Part shown: positions 1-12,518 of the stretch, one piece after another
Numbering within the stretch: the first letter of the stretch is position 1
Layout of the letters: every line of letters begins with the position of its first letter
Source of the DNA: Octopus vulgaris
Taxonomy: Eukaryota
Length of the DNA stretch: 64,000 nt
NCBI GenBank assembly: GCA_951406725.2
Contig: OX597829.1
Coordinates: 14,508,001-14,572,000 of the forward strand
Direction: 5' to 3'
Made by a program: the position numbers and the translations under genes
Notes under the pieces: model-generated
Databases searched by the model: none
The model's input: the letters and a program-made list of their open reading frames with translations, nothing else
Told to the model about the DNA's origin: nothing

Positions 1-200
1 AGTCATACAGGTATTCATCGTCGTAACCGACGGAGTGACAGTATGAACAGAGTTGAGACTTATATACACTGGAAGCTGTGCCAGCACTGCGGAATGACGA
101 CAGAAGAAATATGGTATAGGCACATCTCAGAAAAAATCTAAGAAAATTACAAAGCAACCGTACTCTAGGACATGCACCTCATACACACAGAGAGATCAAG

Positions 201-506
201 TTCCTTCTTCGCGATTGTGTTCCTTCGCGAGCCATGCCTGGCTCATAAGGGCCGGTTTCCCGGTTTCCTTGGCGTATAGGTTCCCCACCTGGACGGGACG
301 TCGGTCCGTCGCAGGTGAGCTGCAAGATGCAGAAGGAAAGAGTGAGAGAAAGTTGTGGCGAAAGAGTCAGCAGAAGTTCGCCATCACCTTCTGCCGGAGC
401 CGCGTGGAACTTTCGCTCATAAACACACACGTCGCCCGGTCTGAGATTCGGACCCGCGATCCCTCGACCGCGAGTCCGTTGCTCTAACCACTAGGCCATG
501 TGCCTC
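201..506 (-). mobile_element. tRNA-derived SINE, family A (octopus OR-like), full length with 15-bp target-site duplication
   Basis: Minus strand starts GGAGGCACATGGCCTAGTGGTTAGAGC (A box) ... GGGTCCGAATCTC (B box). Flanked by direct repeat CACAGAGAGATCAAG at 186-200 and 507-521. Near-identical copy at 37255-37567. Confidence 0.9.
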
Positions 507-1100
507 CACAGAGAGATCAAGGCACATGGGCCAGATATTGTTGTCAGGGGCTTCCAAGAATGATAAATGCCTTCTAAGCAAAATATTAGATCCAACGGGT
601 GATAATATATCCATAAACAAATTGGAGAATCTAACGTAATAATAAGATCTGTATTAGGAGATAAACCCGAAAGTGAAACGTGAAGAAAGTAGTAATCCCT
701 ATAATATTAAGTGCTTTGCGTATTGGTAAAGGAGCATACATACAAATACATAAGCAAAAACACCCGGACTTACGAATAAATATAACATACAGAAAATAGT
801 ACTGTTCGGCATCATATACGTTCTACGGAAAGCATTTTGAATAGAGTAAAAATACAAAAACACTACATAACAAAGACAAACCAGCACAAACCACAACACG
901 TTCCAAAGGCATAAAGAAGTGTGCTCGGTAGTACAGTGAAAGCACGCAGTAAAAATGAGACTGGTGAAAAAATAGTGAAGATAATGTATATACATATATG
1001 AATGAGTGCTTGCATTCATGCATGCATGCAAATATACATAAGCACACACATACATACGCAGTCATACATACACACATGCATACATACATGTGCAGATACT

Positions 1101-1146
<46 letters not shown>

Positions 1147-1147
1147 C

Positions 1148-1195
<48 letters not shown>

Positions 1196-2283
1196 GTATG
1201 TACGTATATACGTCACATGCAAACACAAATCTATGTAGATACATATATATGTACACACATACATACATGCATATTTATGCATTTGAGTATCTACATAAAA
1301 TATATATGCTCGCAAAACATACATATATATATATATATACTCCACACATATATGTTTATAAATACAGTATTGAGAGTGCATTGTATATATACATTTGTCA
1401 GTGTGTACAGCCACCTCTAACTGCACATAAGTGAATAGGATGATTGCGCATGTATACATCCACACACACACACATACACACTCGTTATTTTATTAATAAC
1501 TGTAGAAGTTACACAGCGACTCAAGGGCCGATAATTTCGTGCGTTGGCACTTATCAAACGCTTTAAACTCTCGGCCCTTGAGTCATTCTGTAACTTCTGC
1601 CGATTATTAATAAAAGAGAAGGGAAACGTGTGTGCGTGTGTATGTGCACATACATACATACATACATACATATATATGTTTGTGTGTATGTATAAACTTA
1701 TCTACATACAGTATACCGTTCCTGTTGGCATCACCAAATGCATGCATACATATATACACACAAATATATATATGCACGTGTTATACTCTCAAACATTTAT
1801 ACACTAAGCTAACACCAAAAACCAAGTGTTTTCTATTAATACTAGCCTTTCTAGACACGTGATATATCACACATGCGCACTCTCCTACAAGGTCTTACGC
1901 ATTTACAGACAATTAAACACACGTACCTCTCTTTATCTCCCCATCATCTCACACATATACATCTTGGCCTAATAGAATTATACAAACATCGTAAGAGATA
2001 AGTCAATATATATATTGTAGACTGCAGATATATTGTGTAGATATGAGTATGTCTTTGCGTGTTTGTATATATATCTGTGTGCATGAGAATATACTTGTAA
2101 TCCTATTCATGCACACGGTGGAATACAAACGCATTTATACGCAAGTATATATGCATATACAGATGTGTGAATGTGTTTGTAATGAAAATATACATGCAAT
2201 TATACAGATTTACACATTCATGCTAAGTAAATCACACATATAGTCATTTATAAGTGCATATATGTGTAGATGTGTACACCACA

Positions 2284-2435
<152 letters not shown>

Positions 2436-2662
2436 AATGCACACATACACCGATACATAAAGACGAATATAACATATTATATAGTGCATGTGTATACACA
2501 GACACACATCATATATACACTAAATCACAACGGATGGGTATGTGCATACAGAACACCTCGAATCAACATGAAAGGTATACAATATAGATGTTGACATTAG
2601 ATAGGAAAGTGTTTGGTTTGGGAGAGAGGTCTTCCTATATCATCTTGGTGTGTATTATGGTA

Positions 2663-3005
2663 TGCAGGCGTGGATGTGAAGCAAGAAGCTTGTTTCCCAA
2701 ACACATGGTTTCGAGTTCATTTCCACAGCGTGGCACCTTATGCAAGTGTCTTCTACTATAGCCTCGAGCCGACCAAAGCCTTGAGAGAGGATTTGCTAGA
2801 CTGAAACTGAAAGAAGCCTGCCTTATATATATAAACTCATATATTTGTGTGTATTTGTGTTTATCCCTCCACCATCACGTGACAACCGATCTTGTAACGT
2901 AGCGATTCGGCAAGAAAGACCGATAGAATAAGTACCAGGCTTACAAAGAATAAATCCTGGGCTCGATTTATTCGACTAAATGTCGGAGCTCCAACATGAC
3001 CATAT
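2663..3005 (+). mobile_element. tRNA-derived SINE, family B (diverged copy)
   Basis: Matches the 29601-30026 copy: GCAGGCGTGG...GGCACCTT..GCAAGTGTCTTCTACTATAGCC...GACCGATAGAATAAGTAC. Confidence 0.85.
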
Positions 3006-3133
3006 CTAATTTAAGTTTTCCTATTGAAATATGTATATATATGTAATATATATATAATTGTTTTCGTTCCAGCACACGATCTCAGATCATGTCACTTGCT
3101 ATGCAAGTACATCTCCGTAAAACACACACACAA

Positions 3134-3218
<85 letters not shown>

Positions 3219-3473
3219 CATATACTTTAATTTATTTCACTCTGAGATATTTCAGCCGAAAGACTGTGACCTTGCTGGAGCACCGCCAGTGTACTCATCT
3301 TTCCACTGACCATTCTTATGCGATTGTTTTCTGGCGAAGGGGGAAGTTGGACATAATTGCCCTCTTTTGAGCATCTTACCTTGGTATAGGTTCCTCTGGA
3401 ATTTTAGACACCAGGAGATCAAATTGTGTCGTGAATACATCTACCCCTGCTCCATGAAAATGTCTCAAATAAA

Positions 3474-3830
3474 GGCGGTGAGCTGGCAGAAACGTTAGTA
3501 CGCTGGTCGAAATACTTAGCTGTATTTCGTTTGTCTTTACTTTCTGAGTTCAAATTCCGCCGAGGTCGACTTTGCCTTTCATCCTTTCGGGGTCGATTAA
3601 ATAAGTACCAGTTCCGCACTGGTGTCGATATTATCGACTTAATCCGTTTGTCTGTCCTTGTTTGTCCTCTCTGTGTTTAGGTATTTCGTCTGCCGTTACG
3701 TTCTGAGTTCGAATACCGCCGAGGTCGACTTTGCCTTTCATCCTTTCGGGGTCGATAAATTAAGTACCTGTTACGCACTGGGGTCGTTGTAATCGACTTA
3801 ATCTTTTTGTCTGTCCTTGATTGTCCCCTC
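3474..3830 (+). mobile_element. tRNA-derived SINE, family C (Meta-domain-like), head plus tandem second body
   Basis: GGCGGTGAGCTGGCAGAAACGTTAG head, GAGTTCAAATTCC B box, GCCTTTCATCCTTTCGGGGTCGAT central domain present twice. Confidence 0.88.
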
Positions 3831-3834
3831 TCTC

Positions 3835-4190
3835 AAAAAAATCTCTCAAATAGTTTGGTAAGCCCTTGAATCCCAAGCTACTATATCACTGTATACATCT
3901 ACTGGTCTTCGGTAGAGTCGTAGTTCCTTCAGTCTCTTCCAGTTGCTCAGTGGTTCGTCTGATGCAACCTTCTTGGTATAGCACCGTTGAAATGTCTCAA
4001 GTTCCACTATTGATTTAACAGTGTAGTGACCACAGTTCAGAGCAGTAACCCAGTAGTCTAGACGGCTGAGTAGAAATGTCTCATAGCTTGCTGGTCCCTT
4101 GTTCTGAAGGTTTTCAAAATCTGGCCATTCGCTTGCACATTGCTACCATGATGGTGATATGCACGTCCCCAAATTGAAGTGAGCAACGTC
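3835..4190 (-). pseudogene. CR1-group LINE ORF2 C-terminal fragment
   Basis: Minus-strand peptide GQILKTFRTRDQQAM resembles EWILRTFKSRNQETIM of the LINE at 45740; followed by LLGYCSELWS-like motif. Confidence 0.6.
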
Positions 4191-4497
4191 CATACACACA
4201 CGTGCACACACGCACACACACACACACGCACACACACACACACACACACACATATTCGGGCACACATGTATATATATATATGTTTGCCTATTTAAGTTAT
4301 AACTCTGTATGTAAGAAACGATATCGATGTGAAAAATTCGTCAGTACATTACGGCTTGTAGAAAAATTACTTAGAATTAATGTCTTACCTAAAACAGTCT
4401 CCCTTAATTATGCAAAACAATTTTACCGAACACTAATTGCCATTAAAAACCAATTATTTTACCGTTTGCCTTGTTCTTAATCCTTCTTCTTCTTGTT

Positions 4498-5157
4498 TTT
4501 CTTCTTCTTCTTCTTCTTCTTCTTCTTCTTCTTCTTCTTCTTCTTCTTCTTCTTCTTCTTCTTCTTCTTCTTCTTCTTCTTCTTCTTCTTCTTCTTCTTC
4601 TTCTTCTTCTTCTTCTTCTTCTTCTTCTTCTTCTTCTTCTTCTTCTTCTTCTTCTTCTTCTTCTTCTTCTTCCAGTTGCGTCTATGATTATTTTTGTCAC
4701 TATCATCATTATTACTCCTTTTATTATTGTTATTGTTGTTATTGATATTCTTATTTTTATTATTCTTATTAATATTGTGATCATTGTTCCTATTATTTTT
4801 GTTGCTATTCCTCTTCTCATCATGCACCCCTCTTCTTCTTCTTTTTCTTCTTCTTCATCTTCTCTTTCTTCTTCTTCATCATTTTCTCATTCTTCTTCAG
4901 CTTCATTTTCTCTTTCTTCTTCACCTTCTCTTTCTTCTTCTTCTTCATCATTTTCTCATTCTTCTTCATCTTCATTTTCTCTTTTTTCTTCATCTTCTCT
5001 TCTTCCCCCTCCTCCTCCTCCTCCTCCTTCTTCTTCTTCTTCTTCATCATTTTCTCATTCTTCTTCATCTTCATTTTCTCTTTCTTCTTCATCTTCTCTT
5101 CTTCCCCCTCCTCCTCCTCCTCCTCCTTCTTCTTCTTCTTCTTCTTCTTCTTCTTCT
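4498..5157. repeat. (CTT)n microsatellite followed by compound (ATT)/(CTT)/(CCT) low-complexity tract with internal duplication
   Basis: Pure CTT run about 4498-4672; repeated TCATTTTCTCATTCTTCTTCA units 4870-5100. Confidence 0.95.
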
Positions 5158-5284
5158 CACCATTTCAGGTCTTTTTAGGCATTTAAATATGGAGTCGTAT
5201 CTGCCAAATGTTTCTGCAGTCTTGTTTGGATGCTGGGTTGGCAAGTTTAGAGATGCTTGTAGCTTGCATAGTGAACACACACAC

Positions 5285-5327
<43 letters not shown>

Positions 5328-5773
5328 TGTGTATGCACGCACCCATTTATATATACACACTGGTAAATATGTTTATGATATATATTCATGTACATATATA
5401 GCTTGCATTAAGCATGTGTATGTGTGAGTGTATAAATATATATATATATATATACACACACACATATATATATACACACATGCATACATATACGACTTCC
5501 GCTGGGCATGTGTATATATATATATATATATATAATATATGCATGAATGCATGCATACCTAAATACATAATTACATTAAATATATATATATATATAATAG
5601 ACACATATATACATGCCGCACTTCACGGTGAATACCGATCAATATACCAATCGATAAAGACTATATTGATCACTCCTGTGGTATATGAAACGTTCATAAC
5701 ATATTCAATACCCTACCCTTATTATATATGCTGTTTTTATCCAAGGTATATATTCTTTTAATTTTTCATTATC

Positions 5774-5930
5774 GGCGTGGGCGTGGTTGTCAGGTAGGAA
5801 GCTTGCTTCCCAACAACTTGGTTTCGGGTTCAGTCCCACTGCGTGGTGCCTAGGGAAAGTGTCAAATTCCCTCCTGAGCCAACCAAATCGCGTGAGGGAA
5901 TTTGATTGACGGAAACTGAAAGCCTGTCAT
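5774..5930 (+). mobile_element. SINE family B 5' part
   Basis: GGCGTGGGCGTGG...GGGTTCAGTCCCACTGCGTGG...GACGGAAACTGAAAG. Confidence 0.8.
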
Positions 5931-5945
5931 ATATATGCATATACA

Positions 5946-5980
<35 letters not shown>

Positions 5981-5984
5981 TTAC

Positions 5985-6031
<47 letters not shown>

Positions 6032-6033
6032 TA

Positions 6034-6742
6034 TATTAAATTAGAGATAAAACCGCTATTAGGCAAATCATACAATGAAAAACTTAAGCCAATACATAAG
6101 ATTAATTAATTTATATTATTTTAAATATATATCAAAATTATTTCTAGAAGCAAAATCCTTAATATTATTAACAAGTTTCAAAATGAATTCCTTTCTAGAA
6201 GGTACTGGAATATCCTTCAATGATGAATTCCAAAATAGCGGTTCTATCTTACCTGTAAATTCCATAATTTACGAAGTTGAGATATAACAGTCAATATACG
6301 TAATTTATCAATATATTAATTAATAATAAAATATTAGGGAATAAATCCAAACTTACAGGGAAAAATCAGATTTAGGATTGAATCCAATTTTATAGTAAAA
6401 TATTATATTATATTATATTATATTAAATTGGAGATAAAACCACTATTAGGCAAATCATACAATGAAAAACTTAAGCCAATACATACGATTAATTAATGTA
6501 TATTATTTTAAATATATATCAAAATTATTTCTAGAAACAAAATCCTTAATAATTTTGATATATATTTAAAATAATATAAATTAAACAATCGTATGTATTG
6601 GCTTAAGTTTTTCATTGTATGATTTGCCTAATAGTGGTTTTATCTCTAATTTAATATAATATAATATTTTACTATAAAATTGGATTCAATCCTAAATCTG
6701 ATTTTTCCTGTAAGTTTGGATTTATTCCCTAATATTTTATTA
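6034..6742. repeat. Tandem plus inverted copies of an AT-rich repeat end (probable PLE pseudo-LTR) embedded in (TA)n
   Basis: ATTAAATT(A/G)GAGATAAAACC(G/A)CTATTAGGCAAATCA at 6034 and 6422 (direct); 6327-6530 is inverted at 6551-6742. Further copies at 25144 and 37900-38152. Confidence 0.75.
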
Positions 6743-6760
6743 TATATATATATATATATA

Positions 6761-6897
<137 letters not shown>

Positions 6898-6921
6898 GTA
6901 TATATATATACATATATATGC

Positions 6922-6963
<42 letters not shown>

Positions 6964-6964
6964 G

Positions 6965-7640
6965 TTAAGGTATGTAGAAAAATACAACATGGACAAGAAC
7001 GTATAACTCTTAGAAGACGACACAATAAACACGGACAGGACATTCGAAACCCTCAGTCTTCAGTCAAGAACCGGATCATCGTAGTAATTTCGGCTGATTA
7101 ATCTTGAGATTACTAGATCACGGCCAGCCCTCCAAGAAAAACCAAGCAACAAGCATTAGAAAAACTAAGCTGGAAGCGTAGATTTCCTGGAAGAAGGATC
7201 GAATGCATACGAACACCAGGACAGCAAAAGGGACAGATATAAAAAAACAAAAAACAATAATGGAATACAGAAACATGAAATACAGAAGCATTAACGGTGA
7301 AAACAACAGTGTCTTACGACTGATAACAAGCAAACAAATTTTTTCTCTGGCGCAATGGAAAAAGCCTTTATAGTGGCGGACGAAAACAGCGATGTTAACA
7401 AGACAAGGGTCAGAAGCTGAAAGGCAGATTTCGGCCAACAGTCACGTGACAGAGAAGAGGGAAAAGAAAAGAAAGGGAAGCAAAGGAAGAGAGAGAGAGA
7501 GGGAGAGAGAGAGAGGAGGGACAAACGCAACAAAGAGAGAGAAGAGAGAGAAAGAAGGAATCAGAGAGGAGAAGGGATGGGTGTCGAAGAATGACCTGTG
7601 AGTGCAGAGCGAGACAAAGAAATAGGAGGGTAGTGGAAGA
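6965..7640 (-). mobile_element. Non-coding retroelement 3' end (PLE-like) carrying a permuted hammerhead
   Basis: Unique-looking segment between (TA)n tracts; on the minus strand a pyrimidine-rich tract precedes the ribozyme fold. PLE assignment is inference, no ORF present. Confidence 0.5.
7041..7205 (-). ncRNA. Non-circularly permuted hammerhead ribozyme fold (copy A)
   Basis: Stem II GGCTG/CAGCC then GAA; stem III TAGTAAT/ATTACTA; C17 at 7108; stem I TCAAGA/TCTTGA then CTGAAGA; extra stems CCG-GATC/GATC-CGG and CATTCGA/TCGAATG. Confidence 0.8.
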
Positions 7641-7778
7641 CTAGACCAAAGAATCAGAGGAAAGAGAAGAGAAAAAGAGGATGAGTAGAGAGAAAAGAGA
7701 GAGAGAGGGGGACAGATCAAGTAAAAATGAGAGAGAGAGAGAGACAAACAGAGAGTCGTACCAATTATTAAGAATATA

Positions 7779-7837
<59 letters not shown>

Positions 7838-7850
7838 GCATATATATGTG

Positions 7851-7887
<37 letters not shown>

Positions 7888-7900
7888 GCATATATATGTA

Positions 7901-7934
<34 letters not shown>

Positions 7935-8108
7935 AAATAAATGCTTATTTGTATATGCATATATATATATACATCCATATATAATATATATATTTATATA
8001 TAATATATGCATATACATATATGCATATATATATGAAAATATATATATATATATCCATATATACATATGCATATATATATCCATATAATATATCCATATA
8101 ATATATCC

Positions 8109-8150
<42 letters not shown>

Positions 8151-8153
<3 letters not shown>

Positions 8154-8735
8154 TGAGAAAGTTGGTGTGTGATAGCACGTGGTTGAATATATAGAAAATA
8201 GTAAAAAGTGAAAAAACTAAAGAAGGCTTGTTTTAAAAGGTTAAAAAATATATTTGAGTCATTATGTCAGAAGAATGTTATAAAATCTTTTCATACAGTT
8301 ACAGAGTTTTTGAAGAAATTACCGGTTTCGTGTTAACTTTTCAAATTTCTCAAAACATCGTGTTATGTTTTCGTTATGAAGTGTAAAGAAGAGTTCCAGG
8401 TAAGGGGAGGTAATAAGTGATTTCTTCCGGTGTAAGGGAGATAATCGCTTTATATTTCTGGCCCCTTTTATTTAATGGGGTGAGTTTCTCTGTATAAGAA
8501 TGTTAGAGTGGTTAAGTTTGGGCTTATATTTTTCAATGAAGAATGTTTCCTTGATTTGTCTAATTTATGTTGGTGTTCCAATAGCACATTGATAAAATGG
8601 AAAGATTAAAAATTGTGGTAGTAGTTGCTTTGCGCATTTCTCAATATGCTCACTAAAGGGTATCATTCTGTATTCTGGGAATGCAATCTGTTGTCGATGC
8701 AGTGTGCATCTACGTCTGAGTGATAGTCCCGTTCT
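8151..8735 (-). mobile_element. 5'-truncated Penelope-like element: GIY-YIG C-terminus plus 3' pseudo-LTR
   Basis: Minus-strand 8733-8510 reads TGLSLRRRCTLHRQQIAFPEYRMIPFSEHIEKCAK...FPFYQC...*IRQIKETFFIEKYKPKLN (R..H, H, E, P.LN of PLE GIY-YIG). A hammerhead follows downstream; flanked by microsatellites. Confidence 0.8.
8314..8350 (-). ncRNA. Minimal type I hammerhead with U3-A8 core variant
   Basis: AGAAAT-TTGAAAA-GT(TAAC)AC-GAA-ACCGGT-A-ATTTCT: 6-bp stem I, palindromic stem III, GUA site. Confidence 0.75.
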
Positions 8736-8758
8736 TTAGTTTTTTTCACAATTTATTA

Positions 8759-8828
<70 letters not shown>

Positions 8829-8889
8829 TTATTCTTTTATTTATTCTTTATTCTTCTATGCCCAAACGTTGTCACCATGCGGGGGGACC

Positions 8890-10302
8890 ACGAGTATCAC
8901 CCCCTTTTTAGTAGCCATTCTCATGTGGTTGACTTTAGTTGAAGGTTGGAAGTTGTTAATTCTGTCATCTTTTGAATTTTTTGCCATGATTTAAGTTCAT
9001 CTCGAGATTGGAAAACACAAGGTCAAGTAGCTTTGTGAAAATATCTTTTCCCACTCCATGTAGATCTCTCAGGCTTTTACGCATGGTATTAAATAAGTGT
9101 GGGCCTTTGAATCGGAAGCTATTGCAGTACTTGGTCTTCACGCTAGGTGGGGTGGGTGGCAACTGTAGAACAGTGCAATGGCACCTTGTTCGGGGTTTTG
9201 TAACACTCGATGCCAAAGGTTGGTAGCAGACTCTCTGGAATCTTCCACATGTAAGTCGCTGTATATCTCTCTCGTCTTCGCTTCTTGGTGTAGAGTCTCT
9301 TGGATTAGTTCAACTGTTTTACTGAAGCGATCTTCTTCGTGTAGCGCTGCTGAACTGCTTCGAATTCCGATATTAAGCTGGCTGAGTGAAAACATCCTTC
9401 AAAGGCTCGGAAAAAATTTTCTGGTTTCTTCTGAAATTTCTCAGAATTCATCTGGCCATTCGTTTGCACATTACCACCCCCTAGTGATATGTATATGAAA
9501 TATATATAAATTTCCATGTCATACACAGTGTATGACCCTGGGAGTACTGCTCGTTTTGCTCCAAAATATCCTTGTTGTGGAGTGTCAGTGTAATCAGGCT
9601 TGTAACAGAGAATTTGGAATTTTCTTGCATTAAACTACTTGTTTTCTTTGGCCCATTTATACAAGGCATCTAGATTTTTCTGCAGGAGATTAATACCAAG
9701 ACTATCCTTATCTGATCGTGCTACTTTTCTGTTGCCGGCATAACTAGAATGAGTGGTTTCCTGAATAACTGATGGCACCACCAAAAAAAGCCTCGCCACC
9801 AAGACAGCTATATGTGGAACTTCACTTGATATTAGTGTCTCCTTCGAGAGGGCCCCATTAGCTGCTACAGCGTGGCTTACGTATTTTAAGATGTCATTTA
9901 TTCTGAGTATGCCGAGTCGCCCTAGTTCCGCGATCAGTCTTAGCAGAAGCCATTGCAAAATCGAGATATATAACATCCACTTTTGAGCGGCACATACATT
10001 GTTTCAGGCATAATGCTGCAAAAGCTGTGTAAGGCATCTTCTTTCGAAGTGAACGCCACGCTGGGTGTCAGAGAGCACGTCATTATCTTCAAGATACGCG
10101 TCCACCCTCCTCCTGACAATTCCTTCCTAAGCTATGCATAAGTTGTTTCAACACCCAGTCATTAAGCTACAGGAGCTGTGTAAAGCATAGTCTTCCAGAA
10201 CGAAAGCCATTCTGGGTGTCAGGGAACAAATCATTATCTTCTGGGAATGCGATTCCCTCCCTCCTGACAATTTGTCCCATAACTTTGCTGATATGTGAGG
10301 TT

Positions 10303-10335
<33 letters not shown>

Positions 10336-11670
10336 CTCTAACTTTTAGCATCTACACTTTCTCTTCCTTTGTGGATAGAACATATTACACCTTTAACATT
10401 CTGAGAATTCTACCACTTCCAGAGAAACTTTGGAAGTGGATCTGTAGTTGTCCTGCTAGGGTCCCTTTAAATGATTTAAAGGAGGATTGCTGGGAATCAA
10501 TCAGGGCTGCAGCTGAGTTTAAACTAATTTCTTCAATGGCTGATATTATTTCGATGTAATTGATAATTGCCATACCTTTGTGAAGAACTGTGGTATCGAA
10601 GCTCTCGCCAGGAATAGTTATTTGCAAGTACCTCAAGATGCGAAAACATTTGTATTGCACGTTCAGTATTTTGCTTATCCCCCGGGAGTCCGCAGTCAGT
10701 GGGCCGTTTTCTCCAAACATTGGCCTTATTTTGCAAATCGGTAGGCTTTAGAGTTTGTCTTTACATTTTTTTTTTACAGTTCTGACTATTTTCACCCCTC
10801 TTCTTTTTCATGGGAGTATTTTAGCTCACTTTCAATTTTAAGCAGTGTCTGTTTTAGGTAGGATTCCTCACTATCTTTTTGTGGCTCATTTAGACAATTT
10901 GAAATCTTTGTTCGTTTCATTGGAATTTTCCTGTTTCTGAGAATTATGTTTTTCTGTCGGTTTGATATTCTCTCTCTGCAGAAAACTTACTCCAGATGTC
11001 TTGCATGATTGTCATAAAGTGTTGTAGCTTTATGTCTATACGCTGCGCAAAGGCACTGGCTGACCAATTTTCTTCCAGGACCTTTTCCTGAATGTTTTAT
11101 ACAAGTTTCGACTGGAACGGAGTCGAGTGTTTCTAGTAAACTGCATGTCCGCAATTTTCCTCGGACCATGCATTGTTAGTTCTACTAAGGTATAGTCCAA
11201 GAAAATGGTTGGTATCACCTTAACTTTAAGTACCGTGTTATTTGTGAAGCAGAGGTCTAGAACATTTTCACTCTTTGTTGGATGTATCTCATTTTACTTC
11301 ATGAAGAGCATGTTTGTGAGGTAAAGCAGAGATACTGCCTGCTTCTGTTCATGCATTGACTTAACTGAGAGGAAGTGACTTCACGCCATTTGATATTTTA
11401 GAGATTGAAGTTTCCCACAAGAAATACATTTAAAGATGTTGGTTAATGCCTCTTACATGATTTCGAGGTATTCTTCGGATGAGTCCCAGTGATCTGGAGT
11501 ATCTGGGGGGCAATATGTAGTTCATATTACCATTTTGATCTGTTTCATGAGTACCATAAGTTTATCACAGACAGCTAAACTACAGGCGTGACATCATCCC
11601 GGATGTACATCGCAACTCCACCTTTAGTTCTTTCTATACCAGCGGTCAGCGGTGTTTCCGTTAGTGACAT
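8890..11670 (-). pseudogene. Decayed CR1-group LINE ORF2 (APE endonuclease + reverse transcriptase + C-terminus)
   Basis: RTKGGVAMYIRDD and ENVLDLCFTN (endonuclease); SSEVP...SYAG...LLQKNLDALYKWAKENK (RT); EAVQQRYTKKI and SFRFKGPHLFN...KLLD (C-terminus). Many stops and frameshifts. Confidence 0.85.
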
Positions 11671-11974
11671 ATATATTGATTGATTGCATTTAACCATGTC
11701 TCTCAGGTATGATAATATGTGTAGATGGAATATTAAAAGTCTAATGGAGTTCAGCAAGAAAACTGGTGGGAAGTATTGGGGGTCAATAGTGACCACTTTC
11801 CTGAAAGTAAAGGATTCAGGCATGGTCACCCTTTCCCCCCCACCTTATTTACAGTGGTCTTGTATGCTCACATGTGTTTCCATTATTAAGGTTTTGATTT
11901 AGCCAGGTCAGCTTCCTTACGATACTTTAACATGGCAGAATTAATAGCCAAACCTGTTTAAGCATTTTATCGGA

Positions 11975-12389
11975 TCAAATTCATCCTATAGTTGCGGAAC
12001 TGTTTCCAGAGGTAAATGTAATCTTTCAGGATGATAATGTAGCAATTCACACAGCTAAAGTTGTTACTGAAAGGCACGAGGAAGATTCCAGTGATGTTGA
12101 ACGTCATATCTGGCAAACCTCAGTCCCCAGATCTCAATATTATTGAACATTTATGGTGCGTTTTAGAAAAACAAGTAAGGAGTCAATATCCTACACCATC
12201 ATCACTACAAGAACTGGAGACTGTTTTAGCTGAAGAATGGACAAAAATTCCTTTGGAAAAAATTCAAACTTTGTACGAGTCCATACCTCGTACAATTCAA
12301 CCTGTAATTACTGCCGAAGGCAGTCATACTTCATAATAATTTTAAGGTGAAGTTTTAAGGTGTTTCCATTACTTTGTCCAACCAGTGTA
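11975..12389 (+). pseudogene. Tc1-family transposase C-terminal fragment with 3' terminal repeat
   Basis: FQDDNVAIHTAK ... QSPDLNIIEHLWCVLEKQVR...LQELETVLAEEWTKIP...LYESIPR (DDE); ends TTTGTCCAACCAGTG followed by TA. Confidence 0.9.
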
Positions 12390-12448
12390 TATATATATTT
12401 ATATATATATATATATATATACATATAGATCAAAAAATTTTTCCTTAC

Positions 12449-12515
<67 letters not shown>

Positions 12516-12518
<3 letters not shown>

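Noticed and set aside
430-506. tRNA gene
   Set aside because: The tRNA-like A/B boxes continue into a SINE body with a TSD; the same holds for 13320-13398, 29601 and 37490-37567.
6160-6320. Hammerhead halves on the minus strand (TTGATAA...GAAACTTGT)
   Set aside because: Stem I does not pair in register, and AT-rich sequence gives chance matches.
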